NCBI GenBank assembly: GCA_964458595.1
Contig: CAYWJQ010000006.1
Location: forward strand, 69,776 to 133,775
DNA length: 64,000 bases
Source of the DNA: an uncultured Thermoplasmata archaeon
GTDB lineage: Archaea > Thermoplasmatota > Thermoplasmata > Halarchaeoplasmatales > Halarchaeoplasmataceae
Reading direction: 5' to 3'
In this document: piece after piece, positions 38,216 through 49,300 of the stretch
How positions within the stretch are numbered: the stretch's first letter is position 1
How the letters are laid out: every line of letters starts with the position of its first letter
Notes under the pieces: generated by a model
Told to the model about the DNA's origin: nothing
Databases searched by the model: none
What the model saw: only the letters and a program-made list of their open reading frames with translations
Translations under genes and position numbers: made by a program

Positions 38216-38719
38216 TTGCCCCCTGAGGTTGACGATTCCTGTTATGTAGCACAAGATTCGACTATCATCGGAGATGTAGAATTGAGAGAGGGAGTTAGTG
38301 TCTGGCCTCAAGCCGTCCTTAGAGGAGATCAAAATTCTATCCTGATCGAAAAAGGAACGAATATCCAGGATCTCGTCATGGTCCATGTTGACCATGAAAA
38401 TGACGTGGTGATAGGTAAAGACGTTACTATCGGCCACGGAGCCGTCATACACGGATGCGAGATAGGAGATGAAACGATAATCGGTATGAACGCCTCAGTA
38501 TTGAGCGGGGCCGAGGTAGGGAAAGGATGCATAATAGGAGCTAACGCTCTGGTCCCTCCAGGTACTGAGATCCCGGACTACAGCATGGCTGTTGGAGTAC
38601 CTGTCGACGTAGTGAAAGAAGGTGACGAAGATCTGATAGAAAAGACGAGGCAGAACGCCCAGCATTATCACGATTTGAGAGACCAGCATAAGAAAGGAGA
38701 ATACGAAAGGTACCACTGA
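38216..38719 (+). CDS. Gamma-class carbonic anhydrase family protein (left-handed beta-helix)
   Basis: Hexapeptide repeats and conserved His in VHVDHENDVVIGKDVTIGHGAVIHG. Confidence 0.8.
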   Translation: MPPEVDDSCYVAQDSTIIGDVELREGVSVWPQAVLRGDQNSILIEKGTNIQDLVMVHVDHENDVVIGKDVTIGHGAVIHGCEIGDETIIGMNASVLSGAEVGKGCIIGANALVPPGTEIPDYSMAVGVPVDVVKEGDEDLIEKTRQNAQHYHDLRDQHKKGEYERYH

Positions 38720-39065
38720 ATCATATATCTCCTTTTTAGTTTTTTATTAGGAAAGACTTTCTATTTTTAAGCACCAGCTATATAACGAGTTGTATGAGCC
38801 ACGGTATTATTTCATTGACAGGTGTCAGGAACCAAAGGACACTCGCTAGTACTATTATGAGTATCAAAACGATCATAAGCTTGATCAATTTCCAGACAAA
38901 CCAGACTATGAGTAGAAAGACTATGATAGCTAATATCCCGGCTGCGGGCAACCAACTCATATCTATTACGCCATATTTCTAACAGGCCAATATTATAAAA
39001 CATTTGCCTGTGATCAGGTGATTCATCTAAAATAGTTAAAATTAAATTGTTGATGTTTCCTGTGA

Positions 39066-39542
39066 TTGACGATGTTTGAAGAAGCTACTAGATTCGCAGT
39101 TGATACGGGTAAAGGATACAGTACTACTTCTGCTCTAAATGCTGTAGATAAGGCGATGATCGACGCATCTGTAGGTCACTTGAATGTATTGGAAGTATCC
39201 TCTATTTTACCTGAAGGTATAGAAAAAGTCGAAGAGTACTCGGAAGAGACAGGTTCCTTCAGACCGGCTGTCGTGAGCAGAGCAACGGGCTCTGATGAAG
39301 ACGTGGCAGCTGGATTAGCGTGGGGTTTCAATCGTCACGGCTCGGGATACGTGATGGAGCGTTCTAAAGAGGGTGAAGATATAGATATGGATAAGTTCCG
39401 TACTGGGTTAGAAGAGAGATTACTGGCCATGGCCGATGCTAGAGAGAACGAATTGAAGAAAGTCGAAATGGCTACCGAAAAAATCACGGTGAGTGAAGAT
39501 GAATTCGGTTCTGTGATCGCGGTATTGGTGTATTTACCATGA
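39066..39542 (+). CDS. pdaD: Pyruvoyl-dependent arginine decarboxylase (PdaD-like)
   Basis: 158 aa with candidate self-cleavage serine pair in LEVSSILPEG; consistent with agmatinase elsewhere in the window. Confidence 0.55.
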   Translation: MTMFEEATRFAVDTGKGYSTTSALNAVDKAMIDASVGHLNVLEVSSILPEGIEKVEEYSEETGSFRPAVVSRATGSDEDVAAGLAWGFNRHGSGYVMERSKEGEDIDMDKFRTGLEERLLAMADARENELKKVEMATEKITVSEDEFGSVIAVLVYLP

Positions 39543-40009
39543 GAACAGATGAAGAAAAGTACGGCGTTGTAGTCTGCAGCGACTGTAGAACGGCCAAGAT
39601 CGTAGAAATAAAAGATGAAACGAGTGAATGCCATCAGTGTGGTAAAAGGTTGGACTTGGATAAAATGAAGACTCATTATAAGACGGATTCTAGAAAAGAA
39701 GCGAGTTGGGTCATCGGAAGATTGAACGCCAATATGAGAGGCGGAGAACTCCCGGAGCAGGAAGAAGAGGAAGAAGAGAAGGATCCTTATCTCAAAGCCT
39801 CTAAGAAGGCTGGAGTGGCGAGCGATGAGAAGGAAAGACTTCGTATCGTGAGCCGAATTTTGGATGAGGAAAAGGATGGTTTTGAGATATCCGACGTAGA
39901 GGAAGTATACGATCTCTTGGGAAAAGAAGATGTTGAGGACCTAGAGAGGAAATTGAAAAGGTTGGAAGAAATATATGAACCTGAGGAAGGGGTTTTTAAA
40001 TCGGTCTAA
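39539..40009 (+). CDS. Hypothetical zinc-ribbon protein with acidic C-terminus
   Basis: CSDC...CHQC four-Cys ribbon; 4-bp overlap with upstream gene. Confidence 0.4.
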   Translation: MRTDEEKYGVVVCSDCRTAKIVEIKDETSECHQCGKRLDLDKMKTHYKTDSRKEASWVIGRLNANMRGGELPEQEEEEEEKDPYLKASKKAGVASDEKERLRIVSRILDEEKDGFEISDVEEVYDLLGKEDVEDLERKLKRLEEIYEPEEGVFKSV

Positions 40010-40037
40010 TCACGTTTTTACTTAGAACAGGATATAT

Positions 40038-40577
40038 CTAACCTAGTTGAAGGAGAGGTGCTAGAAAACCGAACCAAGCTACCAAAGTGAACAGTAGCCC
40101 TAGGGCCATCATACTGATCCTGTATCTTTGAGAGAGATCGTCTCGATGGATCGATCCCAAGATCAAGAACAGGCTTATGAAAAATATCCCGAAGTCCTGT
40201 AGGAAATTACCGATATAATTCATCGTGTTTTGAGAGGCTCTATCGTCTGCTCTCTCTTCTCTACTCATGTCGTACTGTGCGCGTCCCCAGTTCGTGAAAA
40301 ACGGAGCGGCGTGAACTAAAAGCATCCCTACCAGTATCAATATAAAACCAACAGTTATGAACTTGGCCAATCCATCGTTGCTGGTAACTCTTTTTAGGAA
40401 ATCTTCTTTAGGCTGGCGAGGCTGGTGCGGCGGCACGGACTGCTGCTGAGAAGTCGGCGGTGGAGTCTGAGATGGTTGTTGAGACGGTTCCTGAGGGGGT
40501 TGTTGTCCTTCCTCATTACTACTTTGATAACCTTCCCTCTCTTTAGGTTCTGTATTTATCTGTCCTTCCTTTTCCAT
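40038..40577 (-). CDS. Hypothetical membrane protein with P/Q-rich N-terminus
   Basis: 179 aa, three predicted TM helices. Confidence 0.4.
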   Translation of the reverse strand: MEKEGQINTEPKEREGYQSSNEEGQQPPQEPSQQPSQTPPPTSQQQSVPPHQPRQPKEDFLKRVTSNDGLAKFITVGFILILVGMLLVHAAPFFTNWGRAQYDMSREERADDRASQNTMNYIGNFLQDFGIFFISLFLILGSIHRDDLSQRYRISMMALGLLFTLVAWFGFLAPLLQLG

Positions 40578-40672
40578 ATTTTCACCGAATAAGATATATT
40601 AATAGAGATATTTAGTTTTTTCTTTATAATAAAATCAGTCTAAACAAATTCTTTTATAGGATCCTCCTCCGT

Positions 40673-42211
40673 CTAGAGCTTTTTTATCATGTAGGGTTCT
40701 TTCAGCTTGTAACCTTTTTTTCTGTAGTAATTTCTAGCTCCAACCCCACTTATGACTCTGAGCTCACCCTCATGTTTTTTGGCTATATCTTCACATTCAC
40801 TTAAAAGCTTTGAACCGAAACCGGAATGCTGATAATTACCGCCTTTTTTATCTACAGGAGTCATCTCCCCTACCACTTTCAACTCTCTAACCATGGGCGA
40901 CTTTTCGTCTTCCGTTCTGATCCTTGCATATCCTAGGAGTATATTTTCCGGATCACTAATCTCTAAAAAATGCTCTTTTCCTTCCGAAGCTTCATAAGAT
41001 TTTTTCTTCAATCCTATGGAGTCCATATCAATATCCTTGTCGGAGTGTCCGGCTTCTCTACACCTGATGCAGTCACATTCTTTTCCTTGATCTTTCAACT
41101 CTTTCCTAGCGTACTGTCTTAGATTGCTTTTTTTCACTCCACCTTCGACGATCGGGGACGGGATATCTCTCTGAACCCTTTGTATCCTCACATAGGACGG
41201 AACTTCCGCTTTCATCTCGGCGATAAGTTCCGCGGCTTTTTCTGTCGATAATGGCTCGTATTTGCCATCCTCCCAATCACGATATATTTCAGTACCTTCG
41301 ACGACCAGAGCAGGATAGATCTTCAACATGTCGGGTCGAAATCTTGGATCACTGAAAAGCTTCTTGAAGTCCTCTAGATCGTCCTGCATGGTCATCCCGG
41401 GAAGACCCGGCATGATATGATGACAGACCTTAAATCCCTTTTTCTTGGCTTTCCTCGTAGCCTCGATAGAATCTTGCACCGAGTGGCCTCTCTGGATATC
41501 TTCAAGGATCTCGTCTCTCAGCGATTGTACTCCTATCTCAACCTTCGTCGCTCCCAACTTTAACATCCTGTTCAATTCTTTTTCTTTACAGTAATCCGGT
41601 CTCGTTTCGATAGTCATCCCTACGCATCTTTTCCTCGCATCTTCGTTGATACTTTTAGCTTCTTTGAGATCATCGGCTCTCTCGTCGTTTAGAGCCTCGA
41701 AACACCCCTTGACAAATCTTTTCTGATACTCCCAATCTCTCGCGGGGAAGGTTCCTCCCATGATTATCATATCGATCTTGTCCGTTTCATGACCTATCGC
41801 TCGGTACTGCTTCAATCTATCTTTTACCTGCTCGTATGGATCGAAATCGTTTCTTTCTCCACGAAGCGCGGCCGGTTCTTCTCCCGTATAGGATTGAGGG
41901 CTCGGTTCTTGACTATCCGGTCCTCCAGGACACATCTTACATCTCCCGTGAGGACATCCTTCGGGCGAGGTCATGACGGCGATCACAGATACTCCCGATT
42001 TTTTTCTAGCCGGTTTTCTCTGAAGTACGTGAACGACATCTTCCCTTTTTACTCCATCTATCTCTTCGACTTTTTTCAATATCTCCGCATTTTTTGGAAG
42101 CTCATCTCTTTCATATTCTTTACAAAATCTCATCTTCGCCTTTTGAAGCTCATCGGGGGAACTGATATCTCCCTTGACTATCTCATCGATTATCTCTTTA
42201 AAGTAGCCCAT
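40673..42211 (-). CDS. elp3: Elongator Elp3-like tRNA-modifying enzyme (radical SAM plus GNAT acetyltransferase)
   Basis: Cys cluster CPHGRCKMCPGG, C-terminal GNAT motif HSGFGSKLL; 512 aa. Confidence 0.8.
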   Translation of the reverse strand: MGYFKEIIDEIVKGDISSPDELQKAKMRFCKEYERDELPKNAEILKKVEEIDGVKREDVVHVLQRKPARKKSGVSVIAVMTSPEGCPHGRCKMCPGGPDSQEPSPQSYTGEEPAALRGERNDFDPYEQVKDRLKQYRAIGHETDKIDMIIMGGTFPARDWEYQKRFVKGCFEALNDERADDLKEAKSINEDARKRCVGMTIETRPDYCKEKELNRMLKLGATKVEIGVQSLRDEILEDIQRGHSVQDSIEATRKAKKKGFKVCHHIMPGLPGMTMQDDLEDFKKLFSDPRFRPDMLKIYPALVVEGTEIYRDWEDGKYEPLSTEKAAELIAEMKAEVPSYVRIQRVQRDIPSPIVEGGVKKSNLRQYARKELKDQGKECDCIRCREAGHSDKDIDMDSIGLKKKSYEASEGKEHFLEISDPENILLGYARIRTEDEKSPMVRELKVVGEMTPVDKKGGNYQHSGFGSKLLSECEDIAKKHEGELRVISGVGARNYYRKKGYKLKEPYMIKKL

Positions 42212-42410
42212 CGGAAAACAATTTTATCTCATTACTATAACAATCTTTCCATCTAGATCGCTCTTCGAGCCAAAAGAGATATATAACCTCTTGCAGTAAT
42301 CAAAAACGCCGAAAAAGGGGTCATAGTCTAGCCTCGAGGAATCAAAAAGGATTCCTCTAGCTCCCAAATCTTAAATTTGCTCATGGTCCCCACCTAGCCT
42401 ATTCACAAAC

Positions 42411-42532
42411 GGGCTCATAGTCTAGTTGGTTATGACGTCGCCTTGACACGCGTTGGATTCCAACAGAATCCACTGGCTTCGCGCTGACGCTCAAAATGGC
42501 GGAGGTCGCCGGTTCGAACCCGGCTGAGCCCA
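42411..42532 (+). tRNA. tRNA-Val(GAC) with a canonical-position intron of about 48 nt
   Basis: Acceptor stem GGGCTCA/TGAGCCC, T-arm GCCGG-TTCGAAC-CCGGC, anticodon stem TCGCC/GGCGG; anticodon loop TTGACA interrupted after position 37 by an insert at about 42449-42496; no encoded CCA. Anticodon assumes canonical intron position. Confidence 0.7.
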
Positions 42533-42603
42533 CTTATTTTTCATGAATTTGAAGCGTGAAATTAGAAAAAATCAAGAAAATGAAATTGGTTAAAAAGAAG
42601 TTT

Positions 42604-45600
42604 TTATGATATACTCCTTTGTTTTTTCCAGTGATGTATCAATACTGTTGTGATCGTAATGAAAAGGACAAGTGTACTAGTGAAGCCCGGTATTTTATTC
42701 TCTTTTTCTTTGAAAACGGCTGTTATCTCTTTATCTCCGTCCATCGTTATAGTTATCTCTTTTTCCCCACTGCTTTCGGACACATCTCCTGTCCACTCTT
42801 TGAACTTCCAGCCCTCTTCGGCAGAGACTGTTAGTGTAACCTCTTCACCTTCTTCGTACGTTTTCTTCTCAGGATCGATCTCAACTTCTCCTTGACCTTG
42901 TGTAGTCACTTTGAGTTCATAGCCTTTCAAAAGTACGGATTGATTGACGCTTTTTTCCCTTGAAGACCCGGCCAAGCTGAGAGTCATCTCCACCTTGTAA
43001 TTTCCTTCTTCTAGTCCTTCAGTGGGGACAGAAGCTTCAAACCGAGTATCTTTTCCATTGACCATTTTCGTCAAGTTAGTTATAGTAGTAATCGGTTCTC
43101 CTTCCTTATACAGTACCACTTCTTTGAGATCTAACTCTTCATCCTCGCCAATCGGGTATGTAGGAAATCCCTCACTTATATTCGCTAGGGCACTGACCTC
43201 GATATCGTTACCGATGATAACTTCGTCGGGAACTTGCAGATCGAAAATATCTATCTCTCTCTGGGGTTTCCAACGGTCCCAGTCGAAATAATCGGTATAG
43301 CCTTCGAATCTGGTGATTTTCAAATCAAATACTTCGTATACATCACTTATGTAGTACGGACCATAAGATATGAACAAGTTATCGTTTTCTTTGTAGAAGT
43401 CTATAGCCGCTTGTAGTTTCTCGGCGTATTCACTTGCGGAGAAGGTTAGATTGTCGGATAGGGGTTGAGATCTTTTTACATAAGCGGGGACAAAATCTTC
43501 TTCGATCATCTTCTGCATCGTCTGCGTGATTATCTGCCCTTGCCTTGAGCTGAGTAGATGTACCCAATTGTCCGCGACACCCTGCTCCCAAGCCCAACTT
43601 TCGTTACTCGTCGAAAGATCTGTATCGACTACTTCCTGAGTGAACGCTTCGTAAACCGGCTGAGAATTTCTCGGTTCCATCGTGTAGTATTTTCCTATCA
43701 TATCTTTAGAAGGGAAAGTATAGTTCCCATAGATCGTATAATTACCTGTGGCTGGATGGAACTCGATGGCTTTGACGTTTTCCCACCAAGATTTTACCCG
43801 AGAAGCATACTCTTCATAGTAATAGTCCGGGTTGTTATTGTAATCATTCTGGTAAACCATGTTCTTTGTCCTTCCGTAGTACTCTGCTATAGTGTGAAGT
43901 CCGTGCTCAGTACCATCGTGCCATTTTCCTTCTTTGACGGAGATCGTAGCTTTGGTAGCTACATCCGGTACCTCACCATCATAATACTCTCCAACTGTCT
44001 TCCAAGTCTCGTTGTGAGGGTCGTACTCCATGGCTGAAGTTGGAATCTCCAATTTTTTCTGGAGTCGACCGTTTTCATCATAAGAGTAATTCGTTGTAAC
44101 GTTCCAAGTGCTGCCCATCTCCATGGGTTTACCGGTCTTTGGATGAGACCCCGCCTGAAATCCAAGTACCCATTTTGCTTTATTTGGCTCGAGACGACTT
44201 TTTGAGCCGCCGTAGCGGTTGCAGCCGTACCCAAGGGGGATCATTCCAGTATCGAAGTGAGCCACCTTCAGATGATCCTCATCAGTATCGAGTGTTCTAG
44301 GACCGAATACCTGATCCCACCCGGTTATCGGATTGGTAACGACCGAGTTTATGCTGTCTTTATCGTATGTGTATAGATTGGTCTCAGTAGTGGTATAGAC
44401 CCTTACTGAGTCTTGGACGGCCAATTCAACTGCATCTTTGATATATCGCCAGTACTCCACTTTCGTTTTAACATGACCAGCTACAAGAGGTTGTGTTAGA
44501 TTGTTTAGCTTTTGACCTTCTTCTGTCATCCCATAGTGCCAATGACCATCCTTTGCATCCCCTTCCCCATAAGTGTAGTAACCGTAAGCCATACGTCTAA
44601 GGGAATTGTGAGGATAATAGTTGTTATCCTTTGGGAGCCATCCACCCGTGTAGAAATGCCAGGATACATTATCGAAAGGGGTATTGTGCCCATAAAACAC
44701 GAGAGGGATCGCGTCTGCCCTAGTTTCTATCTTCTTATCGACTTTGATGTTCACTTTGTTTTCAAGTTGCTCCGCAAAATGAAGACCCATCTCGTTTCTC
44801 CAATCTTCCTCTCTAATGACGCCCCTGACTTCCACGATTCTCCACTCATCGAAACTCGGGTGGGTATACTCCCAGAAACCGCTGTCTCCTTCGCTGGGCG
44901 GTCTAAGCTGGCCCATGAACGGGACATCTGCTTCACCGTTGGCTATCTCCATCAGTGTATCGTTGATATAGTTCATCGCCCACTCCTGATCACCTCTAGG
45001 TGTCATCCCAAAATCACCATCGGTCGGATCCGGATCGCCGCTTTCGATCATTTCTCTGAACTTGTCTTGGTAAACGGCCGATCTTCTTGCTAGCCAGCTA
45101 TACCTTGGCTCTCCAAAACCGTTTAAAAAGTCCTCGACATAGGATTGTCTGTCTATGAGATGGTTCATAGCATAACGTACTTCTTGGACCGCGAAAGGGT
45201 TGAACTCCCATTCACCTTCCTCATTGTTCACTTCGTATAGAGGGCCGTTTCGTTTCGCTTCTTCAATCCAGCCGTTCTCTACGGCGTTCTGCATAGCCGT
45301 CGTGTTCGGACCTTCCCATGCTCTGTTGAAGTAGTAGTTGATAGAACCTCCTGAGGCCTTCCAGTAGCCTAATTCATCTTTGATATCTTGGTCCATATCC
45401 TCATATATCGATGGAGATAAAGAATACATGAAGATATCCGAATCGCCTTCAGCGAGAGATCTCAGTGTTGAACTGCAATCTACACTAGTCTGAAAAGTCA
45501 CCGTCTCCGGCTGTGTCTGTCCTCTAGCCGGTTCTATCATAACCGCAGCTCCACTGACAAATAGAAACGCGATCACGATCCAACAAAGTATTTTTTCCAT
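42604..45600 (-). CDS. Large secreted surface glycoprotein with PGF-CTERM anchor (archaeosortase substrate), possibly solute-binding-like
   Basis: N-terminal signal peptide; C-terminus PGFTSTLVLFITITTVLIHHWKKQRS (PGF motif, TM helix, basic tail); many N-x-S/T sequons; 998 aa. Confidence 0.65.
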   Translation of the reverse strand: MEKILCWIVIAFLFVSGAAVMIEPARGQTQPETVTFQTSVDCSSTLRSLAEGDSDIFMYSLSPSIYEDMDQDIKDELGYWKASGGSINYYFNRAWEGPNTTAMQNAVENGWIEEAKRNGPLYEVNNEEGEWEFNPFAVQEVRYAMNHLIDRQSYVEDFLNGFGEPRYSWLARRSAVYQDKFREMIESGDPDPTDGDFGMTPRGDQEWAMNYINDTLMEIANGEADVPFMGQLRPPSEGDSGFWEYTHPSFDEWRIVEVRGVIREEDWRNEMGLHFAEQLENKVNIKVDKKIETRADAIPLVFYGHNTPFDNVSWHFYTGGWLPKDNNYYPHNSLRRMAYGYYTYGEGDAKDGHWHYGMTEEGQKLNNLTQPLVAGHVKTKVEYWRYIKDAVELAVQDSVRVYTTTETNLYTYDKDSINSVVTNPITGWDQVFGPRTLDTDEDHLKVAHFDTGMIPLGYGCNRYGGSKSRLEPNKAKWVLGFQAGSHPKTGKPMEMGSTWNVTTNYSYDENGRLQKKLEIPTSAMEYDPHNETWKTVGEYYDGEVPDVATKATISVKEGKWHDGTEHGLHTIAEYYGRTKNMVYQNDYNNNPDYYYEEYASRVKSWWENVKAIEFHPATGNYTIYGNYTFPSKDMIGKYYTMEPRNSQPVYEAFTQEVVDTDLSTSNESWAWEQGVADNWVHLLSSRQGQIITQTMQKMIEEDFVPAYVKRSQPLSDNLTFSASEYAEKLQAAIDFYKENDNLFISYGPYYISDVYEVFDLKITRFEGYTDYFDWDRWKPQREIDIFDLQVPDEVIIGNDIEVSALANISEGFPTYPIGEDEELDLKEVVLYKEGEPITTITNLTKMVNGKDTRFEASVPTEGLEEGNYKVEMTLSLAGSSREKSVNQSVLLKGYELKVTTQGQGEVEIDPEKKTYEEGEEVTLTVSAEEGWKFKEWTGDVSESSGEKEITITMDGDKEITAVFKEKENKIPGFTSTLVLFITITTVLIHHWKKQRSIS

Positions 45601-45751
45601 GTTGGACTCTCCCCTATTCTTCTATTATCGAGAGAAAACATATATACTTTTTCAATCTCTAGTTCTCCTGCACATCGCACTTATCAGCTTTTCACCACAA
45701 ATTAATATATTTGGTCTCTCTGTTTTGAATTAGAGTTCGGAGTCATCAATC

Positions 45752-46324
45752 ATGGATGAACTACTAGTTCAAACCGACGGTGCCTACCGAGGCAAAGACG
45801 GAGGAGTAGCTTCCTACGGTTACGTAGTGAGCAGAGGTTCTAAAACGCTTCGTGAGGATTACGGATTGCTTCTCGAAGATAGAGCGACGAACAATTACGC
45901 TGAATACATGGCGGTCATAAAAGCCTTAGAATGGTTAAAAAAATCAAATGTGGATTTCGACAAGATAGTGATAAGGACTGATTCTCAGCTGGTTGTGAAG
46001 CAGATAAACGGAGAATGGTCGGTCAACTCGGACAATATGAGAGATCTTTGGGAAGAGTCTAAGGAACTCATCGCCTCTTTTGAAGACCGCTCTAAAGACG
46101 TAAAGATAGAGCACGTGTCTCGAGAGAACAATATCAAAGCGGATGAACTCACTCAACAGGCTTTAGAGGATCATTTTTTAGCTCAAGAATTGAAAAGCGA
46201 CGAAAAAAAAGTGTGTCCGGAGTGTGGCGAAGATATGGTCGTTAGAGAGGGTGAGCACGGCAAATTCTGGGGATGCACCGGTTATCCTGAATGCGAGCAT
46301 ACGGAGAATTACGAGGAAGACTGA
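45752..46324 (+). CDS. RNase HI-like domain fused to a C-terminal topoisomerase-type zinc ribbon
   Basis: RNase H motifs DGAYRG, YAEYMAVIKALEW, TDSQLVVKQINGEW; C-terminal CPECGEDMVVREGEHGKFWGCTGYPECEH. Confidence 0.7.
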   Translation: MDELLVQTDGAYRGKDGGVASYGYVVSRGSKTLREDYGLLLEDRATNNYAEYMAVIKALEWLKKSNVDFDKIVIRTDSQLVVKQINGEWSVNSDNMRDLWEESKELIASFEDRSKDVKIEHVSRENNIKADELTQQALEDHFLAQELKSDEKKVCPECGEDMVVREGEHGKFWGCTGYPECEHTENYEED

Positions 46325-46334
46325 TAGTTAGATA

Positions 46335-49300
46335 TCATACTTTTTTCAGTCTCACTTCGAATCTGGCACCGCCCAGTTCCGAGTCTTTCACATCTATCTT
46401 CCCATCATATATATTTATCAGCTTATCGACAAGGAACAGTCCCAATCCGGTCCCCCTATCCGCGTCAGTGGTGAATCCTCTTTGGAATATCTTGTCCTTC
46501 TTCTCGTCGGATATACCTTTACCGTCGTCTTCTATTATACATATGCCTTCATCATCGGTCTCTTCGATTTTTATATGGATCTTCGTACCTTCAGAGTACT
46601 TGATCGAGTTCTCTATTATGTTTGAAAAGACCTCCTGTAAGAGCGGACCAGCTTTTACTCTGCAGTCTTTTTCACAGTCCATGGTGATCTCCATTTCTAT
46701 ATCCATCATCTGGTCCTGCAGAGCACCGACCGCATCGTGGAAAGTACTCTCCATACTGATCTCACCGATCTCTTCGTTGTTCGCTTCTCTAAGAGTCCTG
46801 ATCTTTTCTATCAGTTCTACGCTGCTCCTCACGCCTTTTTCAGCTTTCAACAAGTATTCCTCCGCATCCCCCGAAAAATCGATCTCCTCTTTCATCAGAT
46901 GGAGATAACCCTCTATCACCTGGATCTTGTTCCTTATGTCGTGTCTCAACAGAGAATGAAGGAATTCTTCTCTCTCCTTGGCCTCCTTCCTTTCGGTTAT
47001 ATCTTGAACGTAACCTACCGTTCCACTAACCTCTCCTTTACCGTCTCTGTAAGGCGTTGCACCCATTATAACACTCACTGACTCGCCGTTTTTCTTTTTC
47101 AACTCGGTCTCGTAGACTTCGCTGAGTCCTTCCTTACGGCTTTTGGTTTTCCCACTTATCTTTTCATAAACATCTTCCGAAGTGATCTCCGATACGTTTT
47201 TACCCATAATTTCTTCTTTATCGTAACCCAACATCTCAGCAAATCTATCGTTAGCAAATATTAACTCGTCTTCAAGATCGGTTATCGTGACTCCCACTAC
47301 TGAATTTTCTATTATGGACCTGTACCTCTCCTCGCTATCTATTAGCTGCTGCTTCCTCTCTTCTCTCTTCACTATGCTGGTCAAGATTTCGACCACCGCT
47401 TCGAGAAGCTTAACCTCTTCTTCTAAAAAGATGCCGACATCTTCTTTGGGCCTTTCTTCTAAATAATTGACTTGGATAGATCCTCTCACGCTGTCGTCGA
47501 TCGATAATTTCTTTTTCAAGTTCCTCCCGCTTTCTTCATAATCTTCACTTTTGTATTCATCGTCGTCGAACACTATTTTAGCGCTTGTAACTTCCGGGTA
47601 CTGGAAAGCCTCGGGTATCATCTGCGCAGTTTTTCCAAATATATTCTCCAGTTCGATCTCGGGTTTCTGGGATAAACGCAGGATACTGTAAAGAAGATTG
47701 AGTTCTTTCTCACGTTCTTTTCTATCTTTTATATTTCTAGCCACGCTTAGGACCGCGGGTTCTCCTTGGTAAGAGATGTAGCTAGAATTGATCTCTTCCG
47801 GTATTTTTCTTCCTTCTTTGGTAACATGGACGGTCTCGAATATCAATTCTTTTTTGTCTTCGATATCTTTAATTTTTTCTTTGATGTCTTTTGAATGTTC
47901 AGCCGTATCGATATCTCCAGGCCCCTTCTCTAATAATTCTTCTCGAGTGTAACCCAATCGATCGACCGCTTCTTGGTTTACCTTCAAAAAGTTTCCGTCC
48001 ATATCATGGATAAAGACCGCATCGTTCATACCCTCGATCAATTTCTCGTAATCTTCTTTTGCTTGAATGAGTTTTTCTTCCATCTCTTTTCTTTTAGTGA
48101 TATCCTCCGTAAAAGCGATGGTTTGATCCTCCAATTTAACGACGTTTACGATCCAGTGTCCGTGACTACCGTCTTTCTTAAGAAAAGGAATTTCTATTCT
48201 AGTTTCTCCCGTTTCTAGCAATTCCTCGAAACTTTCCTCAGCCTTCTCATGATGTTCAGGAGGAGTCAGATCAAATATATTCATGCCGATAAGTTCCTCC
48301 TCAGAATATCCGGTCATCTCACATGCGCTGTCGTTGACTTCGATGTATTCACCCTCTAAATCCGTCACGAGTACTCCGATAGGAGCATTTCTCACGTAAC
48401 TTTGAAACTTTTCCTTTGTTTTTTCTAGTTCTACCTCTCTTTCTTTTCTTTCCGTTATATCAGTTGCGGTACCCATCAACCGTTCTTTTCCTTCGCTATC
48501 TTCTATCTTTTCGGCTCTTATCTCTACCCAGATCCACTGACCGTTTTCATGCTTTATCCTCAGATCGACATTATTCAGCGTTCCGCTCTCGATAGCTTCG
48601 TTCAAATAAGTTTTAGCCTCGGATATATCTTCGGGATGTACTCGTTCTAAAAGCGAATCGAAAGTATGTTCTGAAGTCGAACCCGGTTCAAGCCCTACCA
48701 ATTTTTCCATAGACTCGTACCAAACATTCAATTCATCTTCGATGTTATATTCCCAGATACCTGTGTCTGTCGTATCTAAGGCCATCTGAAGTCTTTTCTT
48801 CGTTTTCTTGAGTTCATTTTCCGCCTTTTTCCTTTTGGTAACATCTCTGCCGATCACTATCTCTCCTTCAAAACCTTCTTCTTCGAATACGGCGACATTT
48901 ATTTCGGCATGAACTATATCTCCTTCTTTAGTGGTCAATTCCACGTCATATGGAGGAATCTTTTCTCCACTTTTTCTTTTTTTGAATCGTTCCATAGTCT
49001 TTTCCTGGTACTTTTCGGACAAGAAGGGGGCCTCTAGAAGCGATTTTCTCAGGATCTCGTCTTTTTCATAACCCAGTTTTTTTACCGCAGCATCATTCAC
49101 ATCCTGGAAAATTCCTTCTTTATCCAATAAAAACGTAGGATCGGGAGACGCGTTGTAGATTTTTTTGAATCTTCTTTCGGATTTTTCGAAACGCTTCTCG
49201 GCTATTTTTCTATCCGATAGATCTCTGATATTGCATTGTACCACCTTTTTGCCGCCAACTTGATAGGTGTTGCTCACGAACTCGACCGGCGTTTCCTCGC

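Noticed and set aside
38778-38960. 60-aa hydrophobic ORF on the minus strand
   Set aside because: Could be a real small membrane protein, but the sequence alone gives no support beyond hydrophobicity.
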